Source: an uncultured Methylomirabilota bacterium
GTDB taxonomy: Bacteria; Methylomirabilota; Methylomirabilia; Methylomirabilales; 2-02-FULL-66-22
DNA: 64,000 nucleotides
NCBI GenBank assembly: GCA_963845565.1
Contig: CAWJSJ010000002.1
Span: 352,001 to 416,000, forward strand
Direction: 5' to 3'
The position numbers and the translations under genes are program-made. Under the pieces are notes generated by a model. The model had not been told where the DNA came from, searched no databases, and saw nothing but the letters and a program-made list of their open reading frames with translations. Numbering within the stretch: position 1 is the first letter of the stretch; each line of letters opens with the position of its first letter. Shown here one piece after another: positions 1 to 10,210 of this stretch.

Positions 1-230
1 AGGGGGAGGGCCTGCACCACATCCAGTCGCGGATCGAGAACCACATCGAGCGAGGTGCTTGCCGCCTTCGCGGCGCGCGGGATCGGCGTCCTCATGGGCG
101 GGAAGTTCGGCGAGGGGGAGTTCTACTACCTCGACACCGAGCCGACCTGGGCGTCATCTACGAGATCTTCCAGCGGAAGAGCCGCCCCGCGCCCGACGCC
201 GTGTATCCCCCCGACGCCGTCACGGCGTGA
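1..230 (+). CDS. VOC/glyoxalase (methylmalonyl-CoA epimerase-like) protein, 3' part, with apparent frameshifts
   Basis: Joined frames read GEGLHHIQ...VLAAFAARGIGVLMGGKFGEGEFYYLDTEPT(L)GVIYEIF...TGA at 228-230; GEGLHH and YLDT..LGVIYE are typical VOC motifs; 5' end lies outside the window. Confidence 0.65.
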   Translation, partial: GEGLHHIQSRIENHIERGACRLRGARDRRPHGREVRRGGVLLPRHRADLGVIYEIFQRKSRPAPDAVYPPDAVTA

Positions 231-622
231 CAGGCGGGACCATCGACCGTCGACCACGGATCATACGCTGTTCCCGTCCATCGTCCATGGTCCATCGCCG
301 ACCCCGCATCGTGCGATCTGCAATCCGAAATCGGCCCTTTCTCTTCTGCGCCCTCGCGCCCCGGTCCCGGCCGTCCCACACGGTGCTTCTCCCTGCCCCT
401 GTTCCATAAGGACATGAGACCCACCGACAAGCCGCAGAAGTCGTCGCGACATGCCCGGGCACGTTCTTCAGAATGGATAGGGGCAAAACGCGAAGGGTGC
501 CTCGCTCTCCTGAAGCGACGGCATGTTTTGGCGGGGAACCACTTCGTCTCGGGTGGTGTCTGTCGGACGTGCGGGGCGACGCGAGAGCAGGCTGTCCATG
601 GCCCGAACGACGTACGGGCCGA

Positions 623-1703
623 TCAGCCCCGCTCGACGGCCGTGATGGCGGCCCGGATCCAGCCCAGCGCGTGCGCCATGCTCGCGTGCCACGGGGCGGC
701 GCATTCCAGGAGCGGGGTGTGGTCCGGAATGACCACGCCGCCGAAACCGTTCCGATGGAGAACCTGGAGCACCCGCAGCATGTCCGTGTCGCCGTCGTCG
801 ATGAACGCCTCGTGGTAGTGCGGGACTTTCCCCCGGACGTTCCGGAGGTGCACGTAGGCGATCCGCCCGGCCTGGCTGTATCGGTCCACCGCCTCGTAGA
901 CATCCGCCCCGACCATCTCCGACACCGTGCCCACGCAGAGCTCGATGGCATTCATCGGGCTCGGCGCCAGCTCATACACCCGCTGGTAGAAATCGGGGTG
1001 ATACACGAGGCGGGCCGCCCCGCGGAGCATCGGAAGCGGCGGGTCGTCCGGGTGGAGTGCCAGCTTCACGCCGGCCTCCTCGGCCACCGGCATCAGTTCT
1101 TGAAGGAAACCGGCGAAACGCCGCCAGATCTCCTCAGCGCTGACGGTCCCGACGGTTTCGGTCGGGTTGTCCGGCTCGAACCGCTCGAGGTCGTAGACCA
1201 TGTTCCACACCATCCCCGCGGGGATGGACGTCTGCTCTGGACTCTCGAAGCCGACCGAGCGCGCGCCGCCCCGGGCGAACGGCCCCTCGGTCCGGCCCCA
1301 CACCCCTGCAATGGAAAAGTTGTACCCCATCGTCCGGATGCCCGCCCGCCCCACATCGCGCACGATCCGCTTGAGGTGCGCCATCTGCTCCGCCCGGCGG
1401 GGTCCGTCCAGCAGTACATCGTACCAGTGGGCCGGCGCGAAGTTCTCCAGCGCCTCCAGCTCCAGCCCCTCGCTGTTGACCAGCGCCTTGAGGTCGCGGA
1501 GCCCCTCGGCAGTCCACATGGGGTCGGCGGCGTCCGAAACCCCGAAGCCGTACGCGGACTGGTCCGAGGTGATGATCTTGGACGCCCTCGCGCACGAAAT
1601 GTCCCGGCAGGTGGGCCACGATGTGCGTGACGCCTGCCTGTCGGGCGAAGCGCAGCGTCTCCGGATTGAGGAGCGCTCGATACAGTCCGAGGCCGAGTTT
1701 CAT
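623..1703 (-). CDS. uxuA: Mannonate dehydratase (UxuA family), one frameshift near 1580
   Basis: N-terminus MKLGLGLY...FARQAGVTH (ATG 1703) continues in ORF 623..1519 with YNF, LALHPDDPP, YVHLRNV, FIDDGDTDM, IPDHTP. Confidence 0.8.
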
Positions 1704-1837
1704 GGATATCTCCATCAGTGGCGGACAGACAGGCGACACCTGAGGCAACCGTCGCTACGGTGCGTCCGGTATCGATGCGGGTCCAGAGGCGCGGACGCGC
1801 GCTGACGGAAAACCCGAGCGGGGACGGGCGACGCAGT

Positions 1838-2104
1838 CTACGGCGTGCTCTCCTTGCACTTCCGGGCGGCCTCGCGAATCGTCTTGCCGGTGTTGGCGGG
1901 GTCCCCGAACGTCTTCTCCAGGCATTGCTGGAGCGTCCCGGGATCGACCCCCAGCTCCCGCGAGAGGATATTCGTCACCTGAATCTTCTGTTGGAACGGC
2001 GCCTGGATCCACGCACCGCCCCCGTCTCCTTCACTCAGAGCCCACGCCGACGCAGCGGCCAGGACGAGCCCGGCGATTAGCGCAACCATCACCCGCCTTG
2101 CCAT
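1838..2104 (-). CDS. Small secreted hypothetical protein (88 aa, two Cys)
   Basis: Signal peptide MARRVMVALIAGLVLAAASAWA; GGAGG-containing RBS upstream. Confidence 0.6.
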   Translation of the reverse strand: MARRVMVALIAGLVLAAASAWALSEGDGGGAWIQAPFQQKIQVTNILSRELGVDPGTLQQCLEKTFGDPANTGKTIREAARKCKESTP

Positions 2105-2311
2105 TTTTCTCTGCCTCCCCTCCCGACCGAATCGCCGACGACAGGACGCCCTTCAGCTCTCCATGGCCGCACTGCGGTCCTCGACCACAGGCGGGCTGCG
2201 GAATAGCCGAGAGGTATACGGTAATCGGCGCCCAGGAGAAGGTCAAGCGGACGATGGCGGGGGAGGGGTCTCGGCCGCGATATCGCGATCGGGGCCCTCC
2301 CCTGCACATCC

Positions 2312-3343
2312 TCAGTACGCGTTGTCGTGCAGAAAGTCCGCTGGGCGCACCGTACCCCGGAACTTCAGGTAGACCCAACTCTGATACCCGATGACCACGG
2401 GCACCATGATCAACGCCACTCCGAGCATGATCGAGAGGGTCAAGGGACTCGAGGAGGAATTGAACGCCGTCAGGCTGTACGACGGGTTCAGCGTCGACGG
2501 CATCAGGTTCGGAAAAAGACCGACCACCCCAAAGAGCGTGGCCGCCACGATCGCAAGGGCCGAGCCGCCCCAGGCGGTCCACCAGGCCGTGCGGGCCATC
2601 GCGGCGCGGGTCAGGATGAGGCCGATCACGGCCAAGAGCGGGATCGCGAAGAGGGCCGGATGGGCCAGATAGTTGTCGTAGAGCTTGGTCGAGAACCACG
2701 AGGCCACAAGGAACGCCGCCGCCGCCACGAACAGGGCCGGCCAGAGCCGGCGGGCCATGGCTGCCGCGCGGTCGTAGATGGCGCCCTCGGATCGCGTGGC
2801 GAGCCACAGGGCGCCGTGCACCGTGAAGAAGAGGACGAAGAGCGTGCCCCCCAGAAGTCCGTACGGGTTCAGCAGGTGGAAGAAACCGAATCCTCCCGCG
2901 AAGAGTCCCTGCTGATCGAGGGGCAATCCCCGGAAGATGTTGGCGAACGCGACGCCCAGCAGCAATGCCGGCAGGAAGCTGCCCACCGTCATGCAAACAT
3001 CCCACGTCGCCCGCCAAGCCGGCGCATCCTCCTTGCCCCGGAACTCGAACGCGATCCCGCGCAGGATCAGCGCAAACAGCAGGAGCATCAGCGGCGTGTA
3101 GAGCGTGCTGAACATAACGGCGTAGGTTTTTGGAAATGCCGCAAAAGTCACGCCGCCCGCCGAGATGAGCCACACCTGGTTCCCATCCCAGAACGGGCCC
3201 ATGGCGTTGTAGACGACGCGCTTCTCGTCGTCGGTCTTGGCGAGGAACGGCAGCAGGCTGCCCAGCCCCAGGTCGAAGCCGTCGAGCATGAAGTAGACGG
3301 CCCAGAGCACGCCCCAGAGAATGAACCAGATCGTCTCAAGCAT
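2312..3343 (-). CDS. cydB: Cytochrome bd quinol oxidase subunit II
   Basis: LDGFDLG, GPFWDGNQVWL, RGIAFEFR motifs; polytopic membrane protein; follows cydA. Confidence 0.95.
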   Translation of the reverse strand: MLETIWFILWGVLWAVYFMLDGFDLGLGSLLPFLAKTDDEKRVVYNAMGPFWDGNQVWLISAGGVTFAAFPKTYAVMFSTLYTPLMLLLFALILRGIAFEFRGKEDAPAWRATWDVCMTVGSFLPALLLGVAFANIFRGLPLDQQGLFAGGFGFFHLLNPYGLLGGTLFVLFFTVHGALWLATRSEGAIYDRAAAMARRLWPALFVAAAAFLVASWFSTKLYDNYLAHPALFAIPLLAVIGLILTRAAMARTAWWTAWGGSALAIVAATLFGVVGLFPNLMPSTLNPSYSLTAFNSSSSPLTLSIMLGVALIMVPVVIGYQSWVYLKFRGTVRPADFLHDNAY

Positions 3344-3359
3344 GTCTCCGCCCTCCGGC

Positions 3360-4673
3360 TCAACGGCCAGCGGGCTCGGGCCCGCGGCGCGCGTACTTGA
3401 AGAGAAGGTAGAAGTCGACGAAGCCCAACAGCCCGTACACCAGGACGAACCCGACCAGCGTCGTGGCAACCTGGACGTTGTCGATGGCGAGCGAGACGGC
3501 GTCCTTGGTGCGCATCAGGCCGTACACGATCCATGGCTGCCGTCCGATCTCGGCCAGCGTCCAGCCGAGCTCGTTCGCAATATAGGGAAGGGGGATCGAC
3601 CAGACGAGGGCGGTGAGAAGCCATGGCCTGCGAAGCGGATCGTGACGCCACCAAAAGGCCAGGAAAGAGAGCCCGATGAACAGCATCCCCAGCCCCACCA
3701 TGATTCGGAACGAGAGGAACGACGCCAGCACCGGCGGTCGGTCCTCGGGCGGGAAGTCCTTGAGGCCCTTGACGGTCGCGTTCATGTCGTAGTGGGCGAG
3801 AAAGCTCAGCATCCCGGGGACGGGCAACGCCTCGATGCTGTTTCGCGCATTCGCCTCGTCCGGCCACGCGATCAGGTGGATGGGCGCGCGCGCTACCGTC
3901 TCCCACTGGGCTTCCATGGCCGCCAGCTTGGTGGGCTGCATCTCGCCCAGGATCTCCGCGTTCATGTGCCCTTGCGCCAACTCGAACAGGGAGAAGATCA
4001 GGCTGAACGTCGCCGCCAGCCTGAGCGACTTGGTGAAGAATGCGACCTCCTGCTTGCGCAGGAGATGCCACGCGGAGACCCCCATCACGAAGAAGCCTGC
4101 CAGGATATAGGCGCCGCCCAGGGTGTGAACGAACTCGAGGATCGCGAACCGCTGCGTGATCACGGCGAAGAAGTCCGTCAATTCCGCCCGCCCGTTTCGG
4201 ATGGCGTATCCGACCGGGTGCTGCATCCACGCGTTGGCCACCAGGATCCAGAAGGCGGACAGGTTGGAGGCGATTGCCACCAGCCAGATGGCGGCGCAGT
4301 GCATCTTCGGGCTGAGCCGCTTCCACCCGAAGAACCAGACGGCGATAAACGTGGATTCCAGGAAGAATGCCACTGTGGCCTCGACGGCCAAAAGCGAGCC
4401 AAAGATGTCTCCAACGTATTCCGAGTAGCGGCTCCAGTTCGTGCCAAACTGGAATTCCAAGGTGATCCCGGTGACGACGCCGATGGCGAAGTTGATCAGG
4501 AAGAGCTTCCCCCAGAACTTGGCCATGCGCTTGTAGTCCTCGTCTCCGCTCCTCACATACTTGGTCTCCATGATCGCGACCAGGACCGACAGGCCGAGCG
4601 TCAGCGGAACAAAGAGGAAGTGGAAATACGTGGCTACGGCGAATTGGATCCGGGACAGGGTGAGTACATCCAT
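3360..4673 (-). CDS. cydA: Cytochrome bd quinol oxidase subunit I
   Basis: HFLFVPLT, GVVTGITLEFQFGTNW, QPTKLAAME, EIGRQPW. Confidence 0.96.
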   Translation of the reverse strand: MDVLTLSRIQFAVATYFHFLFVPLTLGLSVLVAIMETKYVRSGDEDYKRMAKFWGKLFLINFAIGVVTGITLEFQFGTNWSRYSEYVGDIFGSLLAVEATVAFFLESTFIAVWFFGWKRLSPKMHCAAIWLVAIASNLSAFWILVANAWMQHPVGYAIRNGRAELTDFFAVITQRFAILEFVHTLGGAYILAGFFVMGVSAWHLLRKQEVAFFTKSLRLAATFSLIFSLFELAQGHMNAEILGEMQPTKLAAMEAQWETVARAPIHLIAWPDEANARNSIEALPVPGMLSFLAHYDMNATVKGLKDFPPEDRPPVLASFLSFRIMVGLGMLFIGLSFLAFWWRHDPLRRPWLLTALVWSIPLPYIANELGWTLAEIGRQPWIVYGLMRTKDAVSLAIDNVQVATTLVGFVLVYGLLGFVDFYLLFKYARRGPEPAGR

Positions 4674-4991
4674 GCGGGCCTCCTCGCTTGGGCAGACAAG
4701 TCGCCGATCATCGTCATCCGGGTGATCCGCCCAATTCACCCAGGATGCTTGCCTGCGGAACAACCGGAAAACGCAACAGAATCGAACCTGCTAATTCGAA
4801 AGCACAATTTTCTAACCAGTGTAATGCGCTCAGGTTGGTCCTATATATGAAACCAGAACGCTCCTCGTCAACCCATCAGCCCAATTGGATAGCCCTACCG
4901 GACAATTGGGCGGATCTCACCGGAGAATCGATATGTCGGGGAAGGCGAACGGACCTGAGCCGTCTATTTGGAGAAGAGGGAGCAACGCGAA

Positions 4992-6178
4992 CTACAGGAG
5001 GTCTCTCAGGTGAGCCAAGGCTTCGTCGCGTCGTGCCAGCCGGGTCACCTTGCCCTGAAAAACGTGTCCGGAACCGCCGCCGCGGCCCTCGAGCAGTTCG
5101 GCCACCCTGCGACCGACCGTAGGGAGATCGATCTGGGCTCGCTCTCCGGCCGCGAGCAGAAATGCCCCCTGCTCGCCTTCTCCCACCGTGAGGAGGATCA
5201 TGCGATCCGGAGCGAGGCGGACGAACTCCCTGGCGACGCGTTGCAGAAACGGCAAGTCGCGGGTTGCCCAATGGGCGGCGGCGACCGTCTCCCGCCCGGC
5301 GGCGAGTGCCCGACCGGCGGCGGTCGCCAACTCTTCCTCAAGAACCTTCACCGTCCGCTGGGCGTCCTTGAGTTGATCCAACCTGGCTTGGACCCCCTGC
5401 ACTAGCTCCTCGTCAGCCGTTCCCAAGAGCTGCCGGAGCTTCGCCGCCCGCTCGTGTTGGATGCCGAGCAGCCTCCGCAGGCGCCCACCCGCGACGTAGA
5501 AGAGGCGCGTCCCGCCGCGCATGCCCTCGATGGCGAGCAGCTTCAGCGCCTCGACCTCGGCGGTGGACCGGACGTGCGTCCCGCCGCAGGTGTTGAGATC
5601 GAGTCCCGCGATCTCCACCAGCCGGATGTCCCCGGCGTGTCCCTCCGGAAGGCCGCGCGTCCGGACCGGGAGCGCTGCATACTCCTCCGCAGTGACGCGC
5701 CGCGCCGTCACGGGCCGGCAGGCGCGCACCTCGGCGGCGATCGCCTCTTCCAGTTCGGCGAGTTGCGCCGGGGCGATCTGTGCCGTGTCCAGCTCGATGT
5801 CAGCCAACCTGATCGCCCAGATGGAAGGCCGTCGTGTGCCACCCGAATCGCTGCTCGGCCACCGCGGTCAGCAGGTGCTGGCCTGTGTGTTGCTGCATGT
5901 GATCGAACCGGCGCGCCCAGTCCAGCTCGACTCGGACCCGGCCGGTCGGCGGGGGGCCCGCCAGGTAGTGGCGGACCTGCCCGCTCCACGGTCCGGACGT
6001 CCTCGACTCGCACTCCTCCGATCCCCCCGCGATCCGCCGGCTGTCCGCCCCCTTCCGGATACAGGATCGTGTCGGCCAGGACGACGAACGCGTGGCCGCG
6101 CTCGACGCCGGCGACGACGACCTCGGTCTCGAACGACTGCAGATACGGCTCACGCTCGTATGCGAGAATCAAGGTCAT
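4992..6178 (-). CDS. Alanyl-tRNA editing protein (AlaX-L type with DHHA1/C-Ala domain), frameshifts near 5990 and 5805
   Basis: TILYPEGGGQPADRG; HMQQHTGQH (HxxxH); CGGTH (CxxxH); C-terminal GRGGG; spread over three frames. Confidence 0.85.
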
Positions 6179-7164
6179 GGGGTCCTCGGCGTCTCGGCGC
6201 CCGACGCCTCGGGTCGTTCCCGGACGATCAGCGCTCGCACCGCCCCCACGATGCCCTGGGGCATCCAGACGATGAACGCCATCAGGGCCAGGCCGTAGAT
6301 CACCAGGCGGAGCGCCCCGGCCATGCGCAAGAGCTCAGGCAGGATCGTCAAGATCGCGGCGCCGACAATGGGCCCAGCGAGTGTCGTCATCCCGCCGAAG
6401 ATGACCATGACCAGGATGTTGATAGACTCGCCGATGGTGAAGGTCACCGGGCTGATAAAGAGAATATAGTGGGCGTAGAAGGCGCCGGCAATCCCGGCCA
6501 AGCCGCCGCCCAGGGTAAAGGCAAAGACCTTGTACCGCATGGTGTCGATCCCGACGGACTGCGCCAGCTCTTCGTTTTCCCGGATGGCGATGAGCGCCCG
6601 CCCGAGCCGCGAGCCCACGATTCGGTACACGAGAAACGCCACGCCCAGAACGAAGACCAGGACCAGGTAGTAATAGGCCACCCGGGACTCGAAGGCCGCC
6701 AGGGGTCCCAGAAATGCCGGCAGGCTGGGACGCGGGATCCCGGGAATCCCCATCGGCCCCTTGGTCAAGGGCACCCAGTTGTTCAGCACCACGGTCACCA
6801 GGACGCCGAAGAACGCGGTGGTGATGGCCAGGAAGTGTCCCGTCAGGCGCAGGACCAGCCTTCCCAGCGCATAGGAGAGGACGCCGGCCGTGAGGCCACC
6901 CACCCACATCGCGAACCAGAAGGAGAGTCCGAAATTGAGGCTGACCAAGGCCGAGGCGTACGCTCCGACGCCGTAGAACGCCGCGTGGCAGAGGGACACC
7001 TGGCCTGTGAATCCGATGATCACGCCGAGGGAGATGGCCAGCATGGCGTGGATCCCGGCCATGACGAAGATGTGGAGGTAGTAGTCCAACGAGAAGAGGG
7101 CAGGCAGGCACAGCAGCGCCGTCGCCACGCCGAGCCCCACGATCCAGCGGCCACCCCGACTCAT
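6175..7164 (-). CDS. livM: Branched-chain amino acid-type ABC permease (LivM family)
   Basis: GQVSLCHAAFYGVGAY, SRLGRALIAIRENE, GGMTTLAGPIVGA. Confidence 0.88.
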   Translation of the reverse strand: MSRGGRWIVGLGVATALLCLPALFSLDYYLHIFVMAGIHAMLAISLGVIIGFTGQVSLCHAAFYGVGAYASALVSLNFGLSFWFAMWVGGLTAGVLSYALGRLVLRLTGHFLAITTAFFGVLVTVVLNNWVPLTKGPMGIPGIPRPSLPAFLGPLAAFESRVAYYYLVLVFVLGVAFLVYRIVGSRLGRALIAIRENEELAQSVGIDTMRYKVFAFTLGGGLAGIAGAFYAHYILFISPVTFTIGESINILVMVIFGGMTTLAGPIVGAAILTILPELLRMAGALRLVIYGLALMAFIVWMPQGIVGAVRALIVRERPEASGAETPRTP

Positions 7165-8030
7165 GCCTTACGTCCTCCCATCAGACCTTCGGGCCGGAGC
7201 AGGAAAGCCAGGACCAGGAGCAGGAACGGGTAGGCGTCCTTGTAGGCGTAGGAGACGAAGCCGCCGCCCAGACTCTCCACGAGGCCGATGAAGAGGCTCG
7301 CGAAGACGATCCCCCCGATGTTACCCATACCGCCCAGGATCACCACGATGAAGGCCTTCAGGACGACCGTCCACCCCATGTCGGGCGACACTAGGAAAAT
7401 GGCGCCCACCATGGATCCGGCGGCCGAGGCCAGCATGCTGCCGATGGCGAACGTGACGGCGTAGATCCGGAACACCGGGATCCCGGCCATCTGCGCGGCG
7501 ATCCGGTCCTGCGCCACCGCCCGCATCGCCTTGCCGGTCTTGGTGTGCTGGATGAAGTAGGCGAGAAAACCGGCCAGCGCCGCGCCCGCCACCAGCGCCA
7601 GCAGCCGCTCGAGTGTCACGTGAAGCCCCAGGAAGCGCAGGTGCACCTGGGCAAACTCCGATTCGATCTTGCGGGGGTCCGCCGTGAACAGCAGCAGGGC
7701 CAGGTTGGTCAGAAAGGTGGACAGGCCGAAGGAGAGCAGCATCCCGTTGATCAGCGGCTTGCCCACGATGGGGCGGAACACCACCCGCTCCACCAAGACG
7801 CCGAAGGCAGCCATGAGTAGCATGGCGAGCACCACGGCCGGCAGGAACGGCACCCCCAAGCCCGTCATGACGAAGAGGGTGGCAAAGGCCCCCAGCATGT
7901 AAAACTCGCCGTGGGCGAAGTTGGTGACCTCCAGGATGCCAAAGATCAGGAAAAGCCCGAGCGCCACCAGCATGTACAGGCTGCCCAGGATGATCCCGTT
8001 CAGGGCCTGCTGAAAGAAGACCGTAATCAC
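7161..8030 (-). CDS. livH: Branched-chain amino acid-type ABC permease (LivH family)
   Basis: NFAHGEFYMLGA, TKTGKAMRAVAQD, RPEGLMG. Confidence 0.88.
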   Translation of the reverse strand: MITVFFQQALNGIILGSLYMLVALGLFLIFGILEVTNFAHGEFYMLGAFATLFVMTGLGVPFLPAVVLAMLLMAAFGVLVERVVFRPIVGKPLINGMLLSFGLSTFLTNLALLLFTADPRKIESEFAQVHLRFLGLHVTLERLLALVAGAALAGFLAYFIQHTKTGKAMRAVAQDRIAAQMAGIPVFRIYAVTFAIGSMLASAAGSMVGAIFLVSPDMGWTVVLKAFIVVILGGMGNIGGIVFASLFIGLVESLGGGFVSYAYKDAYPFLLLVLAFLLRPEGLMGGRKA

Positions 8031-8151
8031 AACCTGCGACTCCGCAATCCCACCTGTGTTGAGTTCCCATCGTCCGACAGGTTCCGACGTCAGCCAGAAC
8101 CTGTCGGACGTCTCGCATGTTTCGCAGGGTGCTGAGAGATCTACTCTCTCT

Positions 8152-8296
8152 CAGGCTGCTCAAAAAAGGTCCAGATGCAAGGCGGTTCGCCGGAGGCCGG
8201 GGTACCCAGCGCAGCTGGGTCCAGGCGTACTGAAGGTACGTCGCAGCGAGTGCCGAGGCGGACCAACGCCGCAGATGGGCCTTTTTCAGCAGCCTG
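8152..8296. repeat. Family-A MITE-like repeat, copy 1
   Basis: Terminal inverted repeats CAGGCTGCTCAAAAA / TTTTTCAGCAGCCTG; homologous to 12216, 32134 and 37648. Confidence 0.85.
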
Positions 8297-9472
8297 CTAG
8301 TCGACGGCCTTGACGGGGCCGGCTTCCACCACGAACTTCCCGTCTTTGACGCTGATGATGTACTCGTCGATGATCAGCTGGTTCGTCTTGTCGAAGAATG
8401 CCTTCCCCTGCGGCCCGGCGTACTGGGTCTGGGTCAGGGCGTCCCGGACGGCAGCCGGCTGCGTGGACTTGGCGCGGGAAATGGCCTGGGCGATCATATG
8501 GACGGCGTCGTAGCCCGCCTGGGCATACTTCTCCGGCACGCGCCCGTAGCGCGCCTTGAAGGCGGCGACGAACTTTTTGGCCGCGGGCGTCTCGATCGTG
8601 TCCACGAAGCGGCTGGCGCCGATCATGCCCTCGGCCCGCCCCTTGGTCAGCTCGATGAACTTGGAATTGAAGGTGCCGCTGGTCGGATCCATGAGGATCA
8701 TCTTCTTGTTGAGGGCCAGCTCGAAGAATTGGTTCACCACCCGCGACAGGTCCATGGTCTCGCCCAGCAGGCACAGGCCCTGCGTGTCCGTCGCCTGCAA
8801 TTTGGTCAAGATGGCGTAGTAGTCCGTCTCTCCCTGGTTGAAGTACTCCACCAGGCCGACGTCGCCGCCCAGCTCCTTGAGCTTCTTGGAGAAGGCGTCC
8901 ACCGAGCCGCGGCCGTAGTCCGTGTTCACGGCGATGAAGGCCCACTTTCGGACCTTCTTGTCCTTCACCGCGTACTTCGTGAAGGCGTTGGCGATCATCT
9001 CGGAGTTATCACACGCGCGGAAGACCCACTCGTTTCCCGACTGGGTGATCTTCGGGGCAAGAGAGATTGGCGTGACCAGGGGCACTCGCTCGCGCTTCGC
9101 GACTTCCATCGAGGCGAGAGTGCACGAGCTGGCAAAATCCCCGACCACGGCCGAGACCTTGTGGACTCCGACCAGCTTGGTCATGGCCGCCACCGACGTG
9201 GCGGGCAGTCCCGCGCTGTCCTCGACCACCAGGTCGATCTTCATCTTCCCGTCGATTCCGCCGCCCGCGTTGATCTCTTCGGCGGCGAGCTTGATCCCGT
9301 CGATGGTGAGGCCGCCGTCATAGGCCAAGGTCCCGCTCACGGGCATGAGCACGCCCAGCTTGACGGCCTCGCCCGCCAGCGCAGGGTCGGAGCCGACACC
9401 CAAGCCGACGGCCGTCGCCGCAACGAGCACGCCGGCCAGCACCCACCCGAACGTCCCCTTCCGATTTCGCAT
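8297..9472 (-). CDS. ABC substrate-binding protein (LivJ/K family)
   Basis: Signal peptide; EEINAGGGIDG, NTDYG, AQAGYDA; inside liv cluster. Confidence 0.9.
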   Translation of the reverse strand: MRNRKGTFGWVLAGVLVAATAVGLGVGSDPALAGEAVKLGVLMPVSGTLAYDGGLTIDGIKLAAEEINAGGGIDGKMKIDLVVEDSAGLPATSVAAMTKLVGVHKVSAVVGDFASSCTLASMEVAKRERVPLVTPISLAPKITQSGNEWVFRACDNSEMIANAFTKYAVKDKKVRKWAFIAVNTDYGRGSVDAFSKKLKELGGDVGLVEYFNQGETDYYAILTKLQATDTQGLCLLGETMDLSRVVNQFFELALNKKMILMDPTSGTFNSKFIELTKGRAEGMIGASRFVDTIETPAAKKFVAAFKARYGRVPEKYAQAGYDAVHMIAQAISRAKSTQPAAVRDALTQTQYAGPQGKAFFDKTNQLIIDEYIISVKDGKFVVEAGPVKAVD

Positions 9473-9505
9473 GATGACCCTCCTTCCTCCAGTTTCTGGA
9501 ACCGC

Positions 9506-10210
9506 TCAGATCCCCAGGTACGATTTCCGGACAGTGTCGTTACGGAGCAGGTCCCGCGCCGGTCCCGCCAGGGACACCCGCCCGACCTCAAGGACGTACC
9601 CGTAGTCCGCCATGTTCAATGCCATGAAGGCGTTCTGCTCCACGACCACGACGGTGGTCCCGGCGGCACGAATGCTCTTGATGATCTCGGACAGCCGCTC
9701 CACCACGATGGGGGCAAGCCCGAGGGACGGCTCGTCCAGCAGGAGGAGCTTCGGGCGGGCCATCAAGGCGCGCCCGATGGCGAGCATCTGCTGCTCCCCG
9801 CCGCTGAGGCTGCCGGCCTTCTGGGCCTGCCGCTCCGCCAGGATTGGGAAGTGAGTAAACGCCGCCTGGATGCGCCGACGGAGTTCTGTCGAGTCGGAGA
9901 CGGTATAGCCGCCCATCTCCAGGTTCTCCATGACGGTCATGTGCGGCCAGACCCGACGCCCCTCGGGGCAGGGGGCGATGCCCCGCTTCACGATCTCCCA
10001 CGAGGGAAGGCCGTCGATTCGCGTCCCCTCAAAGGTGATCTCGCCGGCCGTCGGCTTGAGGACGCCGGCGATGGAAAGCAGTAAGGTGGTCTTGCCTGCC
10101 CCGTTCGCCCCGATCAGGGTCACGATGCTGCCCGCCGGGACCTCGATGGAGACGCCGTGAAGCGCCTTGAGGCGACCGTAGGAAGTCTCCAGGCCTGTGA
10201 CCTTAAGCAT
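9506..10210 (-). CDS. livF: ABC ATP-binding protein (LivF family)
   Basis: GANGAGKTT, PEGRR, LSGGEQQM, LDEPSLGLAP. Confidence 0.92.
   Translation of the reverse strand: MLKVTGLETSYGRLKALHGVSIEVPAGSIVTLIGANGAGKTTLLLSIAGVLKPTAGEITFEGTRIDGLPSWEIVKRGIAPCPEGRRVWPHMTVMENLEMGGYTVSDSTELRRRIQAAFTHFPILAERQAQKAGSLSGGEQQMLAIGRALMARPKLLLLDEPSLGLAPIVVERLSEIIKSIRAAGTTVVVVEQNAFMALNMADYGYVLEVGRVSLAGPARDLLRNDTVRKSYLGI

Noticed and set aside
414..818. ORF with CRTC motif and a TAAGGA RBS-like site
   Set aside because: It overlaps uxuA antisense by about 200 nt and shows no family signal; support is insufficient.
10120..10210. Genuine 90-nt livG/livF overlap
   Set aside because: A 1-nt shift gives a normal ATGCTTAA-type overlap, so an indel is more likely.
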